NCBI GenBank assembly: GCA_036918135.1
Contig: JBALDB010000011.1
Location: 64,001-128,000, forward strand
Source of the DNA: Nostoc sp.
GTDB lineage: Bacteria > Cyanobacteriota > Cyanobacteriia > Cyanobacteriales > Nostocaceae
Direction: 5' to 3'
Length of the DNA: 64,000 nucleotides
The notes under the pieces are model-generated. The model did no database searches and was not told where the DNA came from. It saw only the letters and a list, made by a program, of their open reading frames with translations. This document shows, in pieces, positions 10,780-19,214 of the stretch. The position numbers were made by a program, and so were the translations under genes. How positions within the stretch are numbered: the stretch's first letter is position 1; each line of letters opens with the position of its first letter.

Positions 10780-11868
10780 ATGAAAAGAATAGAAGTTGAA
10801 CAAAGAACTATTTTGATTGGTTTGGCTGGTAGCCACGGCTATGGTTTAAATCGTCCGAATTCAGACTTTGATTATCGAGGAGTATTTATTGCACCCAAAA
10901 GGTACTATTTGGGATTCGATCGCATAGAACAAAAAGATACTGGTTGGGATGAACCAGGAATATTTCAATTTTTAGATAATAACAAAGACACAGTTATATA
11001 TGAATTAAAAAAAATCCTCCAGCTATTATCGGGAGCCAACCCCAATGTTTTAGAATTGCTGTGGTTAAATAACTATCCTTTTCTAACTCCAGTAGGAGAA
11101 CATTTAATTAATCATAAACAATTATTTTTGAGCAAAAAGGTAAAGCATACTTATACTGGTTATGCCTTTGCTCAAATCAAAAAAATGGAAACTCATCGCA
11201 AGTGGTTATTAAAACCACCGCAAAAAAAACCAATACCATCTGACTTTGGCATAGAAGACGAAGCAGCGCTAACTAAAGAGGAACTAAATGCTTTTTTGGA
11301 ATATCTTTATAACTTAATCAGAGGTCGGATTGAGTTTTTGGAAGAAGCTGAGCAATTATACAAATTACTGACAGCAGATATTGATTTTAAAGGAGTATTA
11401 AAACAATATACTTTACCTGATAATACTTTAGAATATACCCAAAAGCTAACTAATAGCCGTAAAGATTTTATCCGCCTGCTTCAGAAAAGTCAAAGTTATC
11501 AAACAGCCTTTAGAGAATGGAAGGCTTACTTATCTTGGCAGGAAAATAGAAATCCGGCTAGAGCAGAAATGGAAATTAAGTCTGGTTTTGACCTCAAACA
11601 CGGGATGCACTGCATTAGATTGTTACGCAGTGGATTAGAAATATTGCGTCAAGGAGAGGTAATTGTAGATAGGAGAATAGCTGGTGATGCTGATGATTTA
11701 AAAGCTATCCTCAAAGGGGAATATTCCTATGAGCAGGTAATGAAAATGGCAGAAGATTTAGTTGCTGAAATGGAAATAGTCTACGAACAATCTACCCTAC
11801 CCCATAAACCTGATTTAGAGCAAATTAATGAATTGTGTATGGAATTAGTAGAAATGCAAAATTGGTAA
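10780..11868 (+). CDS. DNA polymerase beta superfamily nucleotidyltransferase (YcgL/RlaP-like)
   Basis: GSHGYG..SDFDYRGVF catalytic motif, ANPNVLELL, FDLKHGMHCIRLL. Confidence 0.85.
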   Translation: MKRIEVEQRTILIGLAGSHGYGLNRPNSDFDYRGVFIAPKRYYLGFDRIEQKDTGWDEPGIFQFLDNNKDTVIYELKKILQLLSGANPNVLELLWLNNYPFLTPVGEHLINHKQLFLSKKVKHTYTGYAFAQIKKMETHRKWLLKPPQKKPIPSDFGIEDEAALTKEELNAFLEYLYNLIRGRIEFLEEAEQLYKLLTADIDFKGVLKQYTLPDNTLEYTQKLTNSRKDFIRLLQKSQSYQTAFREWKAYLSWQENRNPARAEMEIKSGFDLKHGMHCIRLLRSGLEILRQGEVIVDRRIAGDADDLKAILKGEYSYEQVMKMAEDLVAEMEIVYEQSTLPHKPDLEQINELCMELVEMQNW

Positions 11869-11926
11869 GTCAGTCATTTGTCATTTGTCATTTGTAAAGG
11901 ACAGAGGACAACTGACAAATGACTAA

Positions 11927-12223
11927 TTAAAGAGTGTAAATTAAGTCAGCAAACCCATAAAGGCTAATAATCAGCAATAGTAATGCTGTGACTTGAGTAA
12001 TTCGTGTCTGCGGTGAGGGAGCGATCGCTTCTCGCACTAAGATAGAAATAGATGCCCCAACTACTAAGCTCAAACCTAAGATTAAATATGGTCTGTCAGG
12101 TAAAATACTCGCTATTGCTAGCATAGCGATCGCCAAAAACAGCATCAATAATTCTACAAACCGGGGTGGGTTGTATTGGCTAGATAAAATAAAGCTGTTG
12201 AACCAAAAATACCAAAATCTCAT
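11927..12223 (-). CDS. Hypothetical small membrane protein
   Basis: 98 aa, three hydrophobic segments, downstream of chlI. Confidence 0.65.
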   Translation of the reverse strand: MRFWYFWFNSFILSSQYNPPRFVELLMLFLAIAMLAIASILPDRPYLILGLSLVVGASISILVREAIAPSPQTRITQVTALLLLIISLYGFADLIYTL

Positions 12224-12316
12224 AGTTTAGTATTCAGTGTTAAATGCTGAGTACAGACGCGATTAATCGCGTCTGTTATCTGTTATCAGAATTCTCCCTC
12301 ATCTTTTTCCTAACTC

Positions 12317-13441
12317 CTAACCTCTAGCTCCTAACTTCTGACCCGTGCCATTTTTTTGTGCAGTCTCATCTTCTGGAAGTTCGACGCCGAAGACGCGGCT
12401 AAAAGCTTTGGCGACTTTGTAGCCAGAATCAATCGATTCTAACGGGTCTTTCCGGAGTCTGTGACGCAAACACAGCGTAATTACGCGGCGGATATCATCA
12501 ACTGTGACTTCAGTGCGTCCTTCAAATGCCGTTAAGGCTTTGGCGGCACGGTTACTGACAATGTCACCACGTAAACCATCTACATCCAGTTCTGAGCAGA
12601 CTTCAGAAATTTTTACCCGCAGATCGTACTCAATTTTTACTTCTGGTAACAACTGCTGGGCATTGACAATTTGCTGTTGTAGTGATTCTTGCTGAGGTTT
12701 GTGGTTTTCCAGAAATACTGGCGGATTTTCGTCAAATTCCGCCCGTTGTTCTACGATTTGGACTCGTAAAGCTGGTTCTTTGACTGTATGAATTTCTGCG
12801 TGCATCCCAAAGCGATCGAGTAATTGGGGACGCAGTTCGCCTTCTTCTGGGTTTCCTGAACCAACAAGTACAAAACGTGCTGGGTGACGAATTGAAATGC
12901 CTTCCCGTTCTACAGTGTTCCAACCACTGGCTGCAGAATCGAGTAGCACGTCTACAAGGTGGTCATCTAGTAAGTTGACTTCATCTACATAAAGAATGCC
13001 TCGGTTAGCCTTTGCCAGTAATCCGGGTTCAAAAGCTTTGACACCCTCAGATAAAGCTTTTTCAATGTCGATTGTGCCGCAAACCCGGTCTTCTGTGGCT
13101 CCTAACGGCAGGTCTACCATTTGGACTTTTTTGTGAGTTACTGGAATTTCTGCCCCTTGTTCTAGCAGTTGGCGGACTTCATCGCTCATCAAGTCGGGGT
13201 CGCTAGGATCGCTACTAAACGGGTCATTGGCAACCACAGAGATTTCTGGCAGCAGATCGGCCAGCGCCCGGATAGTTGTGGATTTACCAGTACCGCGATC
13301 GCCCATGATCATTACACCACCAATTTTGGGGTCAATCACGTTCAACAGCAGCGCCAGTTTCATTTCTTCCTGGCCGACAATTGCCGTAAAAGGAAATACC
13401 ACACGACGCGCACTTGCCGTAGATTGAGCAGTTGGACTCAC
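12317..13441 (-). CDS. chlI: Magnesium chelatase ATPase subunit I
   Basis: [47 protein letters not shown]; probable GTG start at 13441. Confidence 0.97.
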   Translation of the reverse strand: MSPTAQSTASARRVVFPFTAIVGQEEMKLALLLNVIDPKIGGVMIMGDRGTGKSTTIRALADLLPEISVVANDPFSSDPSDPDLMSDEVRQLLEQGAEIPVTHKKVQMVDLPLGATEDRVCGTIDIEKALSEGVKAFEPGLLAKANRGILYVDEVNLLDDHLVDVLLDSAASGWNTVEREGISIRHPARFVLVGSGNPEEGELRPQLLDRFGMHAEIHTVKEPALRVQIVEQRAEFDENPPVFLENHKPQQESLQQQIVNAQQLLPEVKIEYDLRVKISEVCSELDVDGLRGDIVSNRAAKALTAFEGRTEVTVDDIRRVITLCLRHRLRKDPLESIDSGYKVAKAFSRVFGVELPEDETAQKNGTGQKLGARG

Positions 13442-13492
13442 TAAATTACCTAACAATATTTTTCTGATTACAGTTCTTTATTGTGACACAGC

Positions 13493-13575
13493 TGGGGACT
13501 GGGGAATAGGGACTGGGGACTAGTGACTGAATTCTACCCAATCCCCAATATCCAGTACCCAATTCCCAGTCTCCA
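13493..13575. repeat. STRR heptamer repeats
   Basis: GGGGACT and CCCAAT/CCCAGT-type heptamers in inverted arrangement. Confidence 0.7.
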
Positions 13576-13703
13576 GGCACTAATAACTACTCGCTGCGTC
13601 AATTCTCTTAATTTCTCTAAGTTTGATTTAGTTTTTCTGGTGCAAAAGTTCCATCTACAGCGAACGAACAACTACCAATTCATCAATTTTGTAGTAAGTA
13701 TAA

Positions 13704-14987
13704 ATGCTTGTACACTATATGACTAGTAGATTGAATTACAAAAGCAAGCAATGGCGTGTGTGGGTAGCTAATGCATCATTCAGACCTATGAAATCAACTT
13801 TTTTTGTTCAAAACTGGCGACGAAAACTAATAAAATCTCTTTTTCCACTCCTGATTTTAATATCATTTATTACAGTTTTGTTAGTAGACAGCTTCACTCC
13901 TGCGATCGCACAGCTACCGCGTCAGGAAATTCGCGGGGTTTGGATGACAAACAATGATTTTGACACCTTGAAGAATCGTGACAAAGTGCAAGAGGCGATG
14001 AATCAGCTGCGGCGGCTGAACTTCAACACAATTTATCCTGTGGTTTGGAATTCTGGCTATGTGATGTATCCTAGTGCCACAGCACAACGTGCAGGCATTC
14101 AACCTTTTGTCTTGCGAGGTTCAGATGGACATGATATTCTTGCTGACCTGATTAACCAAGCTCATCACAAGGGACTCTTAGCAATTCCCTGGTTTGAATT
14201 TGGATTTATGGCTCCCCCAACCTCGGAACTAGCGCTTAATTATCCAGATTGGTTTACACAAAAACGCGATGGTAGCCAAACTTCCATCAGTGCAGCTGGT
14301 GAGGTAATGTGGCTCAATCCCTTCTATCCACAAGTGCAACAGTTCATCACCAACCTCGTGCTAGAAGTTGTTACTCAGTATGATGCCGATGGCATTCAGT
14401 TTGACGACCACATGAGTTTGCCCCGCGAATTTGGCTACGATCGCTATACAGTTGCCTTGTATGCCCAAGAAACCAACAACAATCCCCCGGCTAATCCTGA
14501 AGATCCGGAATGGGTAAAGTGGCGGGCAGATAAAATTACCGCCTTCATGGTACAACTTAACCAAGCGGTAAAGCAGAGAAAACCCCAGGCGATTTTCTCT
14601 GTTGCTCCTAATTACTACGACTTTGCTTACAAGTTTCACCTCCAAGACTGGCTTAGTTGGATACGGCAAAATATTGTAGACGAGTTAATTGTGCAAATAT
14701 ATCGTCCAAATCTGCAAAGTTTTATCGCAAATATTTCCCGCTCAGAAATTCAAGAAGCCCAACAAACCATTCCTACTGGAGTTGGGATTATGACAGGGTT
14801 ACGCAATAACCCAGTTCCCATACAACAAATTAGGTCTCAAGTACGGGCTGCTCAAGAACGGGGTCTAGGTGTAACCTTCTTTTATTATGAAAGTCTTTGG
14901 AACTATGCACCTGAACCCTTAAACGAACGCCAAGCAGCATTTGAAAACCTTTTTCCATCTCCTGCACTCCGCGCCAGAGTTGAATAA
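13704..14987 (+). CDS. Glycoside hydrolase family 10-like protein (GHL10/DUF187); true start probably downstream
   Basis: EIRGVW, NFNTIYPVVWN, PWFEFG, WLNPF, DGIQFDDH, QDW motifs. Confidence 0.88.
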   Translation: MLVHYMTSRLNYKSKQWRVWVANASFRPMKSTFFVQNWRRKLIKSLFPLLILISFITVLLVDSFTPAIAQLPRQEIRGVWMTNNDFDTLKNRDKVQEAMNQLRRLNFNTIYPVVWNSGYVMYPSATAQRAGIQPFVLRGSDGHDILADLINQAHHKGLLAIPWFEFGFMAPPTSELALNYPDWFTQKRDGSQTSISAAGEVMWLNPFYPQVQQFITNLVLEVVTQYDADGIQFDDHMSLPREFGYDRYTVALYAQETNNNPPANPEDPEWVKWRADKITAFMVQLNQAVKQRKPQAIFSVAPNYYDFAYKFHLQDWLSWIRQNIVDELIVQIYRPNLQSFIANISRSEIQEAQQTIPTGVGIMTGLRNNPVPIQQIRSQVRAAQERGLGVTFFYYESLWNYAPEPLNERQAAFENLFPSPALRARVE

Positions 14988-15006
14988 TTTTTTTACTGAG
15001 ATTTAG

Positions 15007-15048
15007 CACATCTCATTAATATTAGATTGGCAATATTAATGAGATGTG
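15007..15048 (+). terminator. Hairpin downstream of GHL10 gene
   Basis: CACATCTCATTAATATT...AATATTAATGAGATGTG long inverted repeat. Confidence 0.55.
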
Positions 15049-15079
15049 AGTTTGATAGATTCTGAAGAACTCCACTTCC

Positions 15080-15268
15080 ATTCCTCTCCCCGAAACGGGA
15101 AGAGGCTTTAAATTTTCCCCCTTCTCTAGTAGAGAAGGGGGTTATATGATGTCCGGGTAATTAACCATAATACCCAAAACCTCACCCTGCAAAAGCTATG
15201 CTTTAGCTTTCCTAAGAGGCTGCTCTTAAGGGGTTGGGGGTGGGGGTTGTTTTATTATGGGTAATTTA
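15080..15268. mobile_element. REP-like hairpins followed by a MITE-like element
   Basis: CCCCCTTCTCTAGTAGAGAAGGGGG hairpin; inverted ends AATTAACCATAATA / TATTATGGGTAATT. Confidence 0.5.
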
Positions 15269-15272
15269 TTAT

Positions 15273-15590
15273 GAATATCAAAGACTCATGCACGAAGCTG
15301 AAAAACTCATTCACGAGTTACAAACACTTGTAAGTGAATCTTAAATACTCATCGACGAGTTACAAAGACTGATTTTTGAGCAAAATATCCTCGTTGACGA
15401 GCAAAATATCCTCATTAATCGGCAAAATATCCTCGTTGACGAGCAAAATATCCTCATTAATCAGCAAAATATCCTCGTTGACGGGCAAAATATCCTCATT
15501 AACCGGCAAAATATTCTCGTTCACGAATATCAAAGACTCATTAACGCAGTTCCGAGCCTCATTAATGAGTATTAAAGACTCATTAACGAC
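15273..15590. repeat. 21-bp tandem repeat array (about 15 units)
   Basis: Units such as GAGCAAAATATCCTCGTTGAC and GAATATCAAAGACTCATTAAC in unbroken 21-bp register. Confidence 0.85.
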
Positions 15591-15942
15591 TCAACCTCAG
15601 TATTGGTAATAATAAATTCTTCTTAAAATTCCGTAAAAATTATTATTGCTGATGTAGTGTCATACAACATAGGAGCTTGGTTTGATATCTTGCAGCATTC
15701 TCAATGACCACCTTTGTTTGCCTGTAACTCGAAGTTCCAGGCTAATAGCTAAAGTCCACTTCAGTAGACTAAAAATCTAAATCTGGAAAGAATTTAGTCA
15801 TGTTTAAGAAGACTTTCGCTATGAGCAGTATGTTTTTAACCTATGACAGTTGTTGTAATTAGTGCAAAATATCAGTGGTTGCGAAATTCTCCGGCGAATC
15901 AGGGGCATTACATATAATTTTCGTTGACAGGTGAACCTCAGT

Positions 15943-18900
15943 ATGGCAAAAACGCCTCAACGTTTCCTTAAAAAAATCCGAGAAGCGAAAGAGAAACAGC
16001 TAAAAGAATTAGATTTAAGCAATCCTTGGAGTACTGATAATAAGGAAAAATTAACACAGACTCCTGCTGAGGTGTTTGAACTAGAATGGTTGGAGGTTTT
16101 GAATTTAAGCGGCAACCAATTAACGACACTGCCAGAAGCGCTCGCTTGCCTGGAACAACTTACCACCCTGGATTTAAGCGGCAATCAATTAACGACACTG
16201 CCAGAAGTCATTACCCGCCTGCAACAAATCACCACCCTAAATTTAAGCGGCAACCAATTAACGACACTGCCAGAAGCCATTACCCGCCTGCAACAACTCA
16301 CTTCCCTGAATTTAAGCTTCAACCAATTAACAACACTGCCAGAAGCGATCGCCCGCCTCCAACACCTTACCTCCCTGTTTTTAAGCGGCAACCAATTAAC
16401 GACACTGCCAGAAGCGATTGCCCACCTGGAACAACTCACTGCCTTGTTTTTAAGAGGCAACAAATTAACGACGCTACCAGAAGCGATCGCCTGCCTGCAA
16501 CACCTTACTTCCCTGGATTTAAGCGACAACAAATTAACGACACTGCCAGAAGCCATTACCCGCCTTCAACACCTTACTTCCCTGGATTTAAGCGACAACC
16601 AATTAACGACACTGCCAGAAGCCATTACCCGCCTGCAACACCTTACCTCCCTAGATTTAAGCGACAACAAATTGAGGACGCTGCCTGAAGCCGTCACCCG
16701 TTTGCCACAACTCACCTCCCTCAATTTAAGCCACAACCAAATAACGACACTGCCAGAAGCTATCACCCGTTTGCCACAACTCACCTCCCTGTTGTTAAGC
16801 CGCAATGGATTAACGACGCTGCCAGAAGTTGTCACCCGTCTGCAACACCTTACTGCCCTGTTTTTAAGAGGTAACAAATTAACGACACTTCCAGAAGCCA
16901 TTACCCGCCTGCAACACCTCACCCTCCTAATTTTAAGCAGTAATAAATTAACGACACTTCCAGAAGCCATTACCCGCCTGCAACACCTCACTAACCTCGA
17001 ATTAAGCGATAACCAAATAACGACGCTGCCAGAAGCGATCGCCCGCCTGCAACAACTCACTTCCCTGGATTTAAGCCACAACCAATTAACGACACTGCCA
17101 GAAGTAATCGCCCGCCTGCAACAACTCACTTCCCTGGATTTAAGGGACAACCAATTAACGACACTGCCAGAAGCGATCGCCTGCCTGCAACAACTCACTT
17201 CCCTGTATTTAGACTACAACCTCATCGAAAAGCCACCGCCAGAAATTGTTAAACAAGGTATTAAGGCAATTAGGGATTATTTTCGCCAACTGCAAGTAGA
17301 AGGCACAGATTATCTATACGAGGCAAAGTTATTAATTGTTGGCGAAGGAGGAGCAGGGAAGACAACACTGGCAAAGAAAATTGAAGACCAAAATTATCAA
17401 CTTCGAGAGGAGGACTCTACAAAGGGAATTGAGGTTATCCAGTGGGGTTTCCCAATGGATAATGGGCGAGAATTTCAAGTCAACATTTGGGACTTTGGGG
17501 GGCAAGAGATTTACCATGCTACTCACCAGTTTTTCCTCACCAAGCGTTCACTCTACGTTTTAGTAGCAGATACTCGCAAGGAAGACACGGATTTTTATTA
17601 CTGGTTGAATGTAGTAGAACTGTTGAGCGATAACAGTCCGTTGCTAATCATCAAAAATGAGAAACAAAACCGCCACCGCGAAATTAATGAACTCCAGTTA
17701 CGGGGTCAGTTTACTAATTTGAAGGAGACTTTACCAACAAACCTTGCTGACAACAGAGGTTTAGAACAAGTTTTAGAACAAATCAAGCATTACGTTAAAA
17801 ATCTACCTCATATTGGCAGTCCGCTCCCAAAAACCTGGATTAGAGTCCGGGAAGCTTTGGAGAGTGACGCACGCAATTACATTAGCTTGGATGAATACCT
17901 GAGCATCTGCGAACAAAATGGGTTCACCCAAAGAAATGACAAGTTGCAGTTGAGTGTTTATCTGCACGATTTGGGAGTATGCTTGCACTTTCAGGAAGAC
18001 GCACTTTTGAACAAGACCGTCATCCTCAAGCCAAAGTGGGGAACTGATGCAGTCTACAAAGTGCTGGATAATGAAAAGGTGATTCGCAACCTGGGCAGTT
18101 TCACACGGTCTGACTTGGCAAACATCTGGTGTGAAGACGAATACGCCACGATGCATGATGAACTATTGCGCTTGATGATCAACTTCAAACTGTGCTACGA
18201 AATTCCTAGAAGCCAAGGAAAATATATTGCCCCACAACTGCTATCTGCTAATCAACCTCCCTATAACTGGGATGAAACCAACAACCTGATTCTGCGTTAC
18301 ACCTACGAGTTCATGCCCAAGGGGATCATCAGCCAATTCATCGTCGCCATCCATGAGTTGATAAATGAACAACAATGTGTCTGGAAAAGCGGTGTTGTTC
18401 TCAGCAAAGACCAGACGAAGGCAGAGGTAATTGAATATTACGGCAAGCGGGAGATTAAGATTCGAGTCTCAGGTCGTCACAAAAGAGATTTAATGACTAT
18501 AGTTACACATGAACTCGATAAAATTCATGATTCATATAAACGACTGAAGTACAACAAGTTAATTCCCTGTAATTGTATCACTTGCAAAGATAACCAAGAG
18601 CCACACTTTTATATATTTGATGAGTTACGGCAGTTTATAGCCGATAAGCAAGACCAAATTCAATGCCGCAAGAAACCCTATCAAATGGTAAATGTCTTCG
18701 GGCTAATTGATGACGTGATGGATAAACAGCAATTTCAGGAGGAAGAAATCAAACGAGGAGGAGATAATTATTATATAAACGCCGAACAAGTTCAAATTCA
18801 AAAAGGTAATAATCTAATGTCTAATCAATCTCAACAGGAAGAACATTCCAAGCCAGAAGACATTAAACTTCCTTTTGCTTTTCGCAATGGCATGTTCTAT

Positions 18901-19137
18901 TTATTTGTATTTGTAGTTGTATTTTGTCTAATTGCATTTTTTGGTGGTTCGCTACCATTTCATTATCTAGCTTTAACAATTATTAGTACAGCAATATTTA
19001 TCGTCTTAATAGGCGTTCTGCAACTCCGCCAAGATAACCGCCTCTCAGAAAAATCTTTTGTAGATTTGACAAAAATGGTACTGGAACAGTTGCCTTTAAT
19101 TGGCAATATTCTTAAGCAGTTTCAAGGCAACAAATGA
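15943..19137 (+). CDS. Roco-family protein: LRR array + Roc GTPase + COR + C-terminal 2-TM domain
   Basis: 17 x 23-aa LRRs; [11 protein letters not shown]-loop, [24 protein letters not shown] ([11 protein letters not shown]); hydrophobic C-terminus; start ATG 15943 (GTG 15931 alternative). Confidence 0.92.
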   Translation: MAKTPQRFLKKIREAKEKQLKELDLSNPWSTDNKEKLTQTPAEVFELEWLEVLNLSGNQLTTLPEALACLEQLTTLDLSGNQLTTLPEVITRLQQITTLNLSGNQLTTLPEAITRLQQLTSLNLSFNQLTTLPEAIARLQHLTSLFLSGNQLTTLPEAIAHLEQLTALFLRGNKLTTLPEAIACLQHLTSLDLSDNKLTTLPEAITRLQHLTSLDLSDNQLTTLPEAITRLQHLTSLDLSDNKLRTLPEAVTRLPQLTSLNLSHNQITTLPEAITRLPQLTSLLLSRNGLTTLPEVVTRLQHLTALFLRGNKLTTLPEAITRLQHLTLLILSSNKLTTLPEAITRLQHLTNLELSDNQITTLPEAIARLQQLTSLDLSHNQLTTLPEVIARLQQLTSLDLRDNQLTTLPEAIACLQQLTSLYLDYNLIEKPPPEIVKQGIKAIRDYFRQLQVEGTDYLYEAKLLIVGEGGAGKTTLAKKIEDQNYQLREEDSTKGIEVIQWGFPMDNGREFQVNIWDFGGQEIYHATHQFFLTKRSLYVLVADTRKEDTDFYYWLNVVELLSDNSPLLIIKNEKQNRHREINELQLRGQFTNLKETLPTNLADNRGLEQVLEQIKHYVKNLPHIGSPLPKTWIRVREALESDARNYISLDEYLSICEQNGFTQRNDKLQLSVYLHDLGVCLHFQEDALLNKTVILKPKWGTDAVYKVLDNEKVIRNLGSFTRSDLANIWCEDEYATMHDELLRLMINFKLCYEIPRSQGKYIAPQLLSANQPPYNWDETNNLILRYTYEFMPKGIISQFIVAIHELINEQQCVWKSGVVLSKDQTKAEVIEYYGKREIKIRVSGRHKRDLMTIVTHELDKIHDSYKRLKYNKLIPCNCITCKDNQEPHFYIFDELRQFIADKQDQIQCRKKPYQMVNVFGLIDDVMDKQQFQEEEIKRGGDNYYINAEQVQIQKGNNLMSNQSQQEEHSKPEDIKLPFAFRNGMFYLFVFVVVFCLIAFFGGSLPFHYLALTIISTAIFIVLIGVLQLRQDNRLSEKSFVDLTKMVLEQLPLIGNILKQFQGNK
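16081..17230 (+). repeat. 69-bp intragenic tandem repeats encoding LRRs
   Basis: Near-identical DNA units TTAAGCG..AACCAATTAACGACACTGCCAGAAGC. Confidence 0.9.
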
Positions 19138-19214
19138 AACTACAGGCGAATATAATTCGCGGCAAAATAAACAAAGCTCAAAGTAATTTTGTCTTCTGAA
19201 TTCTGAATTATTAT

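Noticed and set aside
15376..15609. 77-aa ORF MSKISSLT...
   Set aside because: By-product of the 21-bp array
15957..17198. Alternative-frame and antisense ORFs over the LRR region
   Set aside because: Shadows of the 69-bp repeat periodicity
16081..17230. Diversity-generating retroelement acting on the LRRs
   Set aside because: No reverse transcriptase or template/variable repeat pair; differences are not adenine-specific
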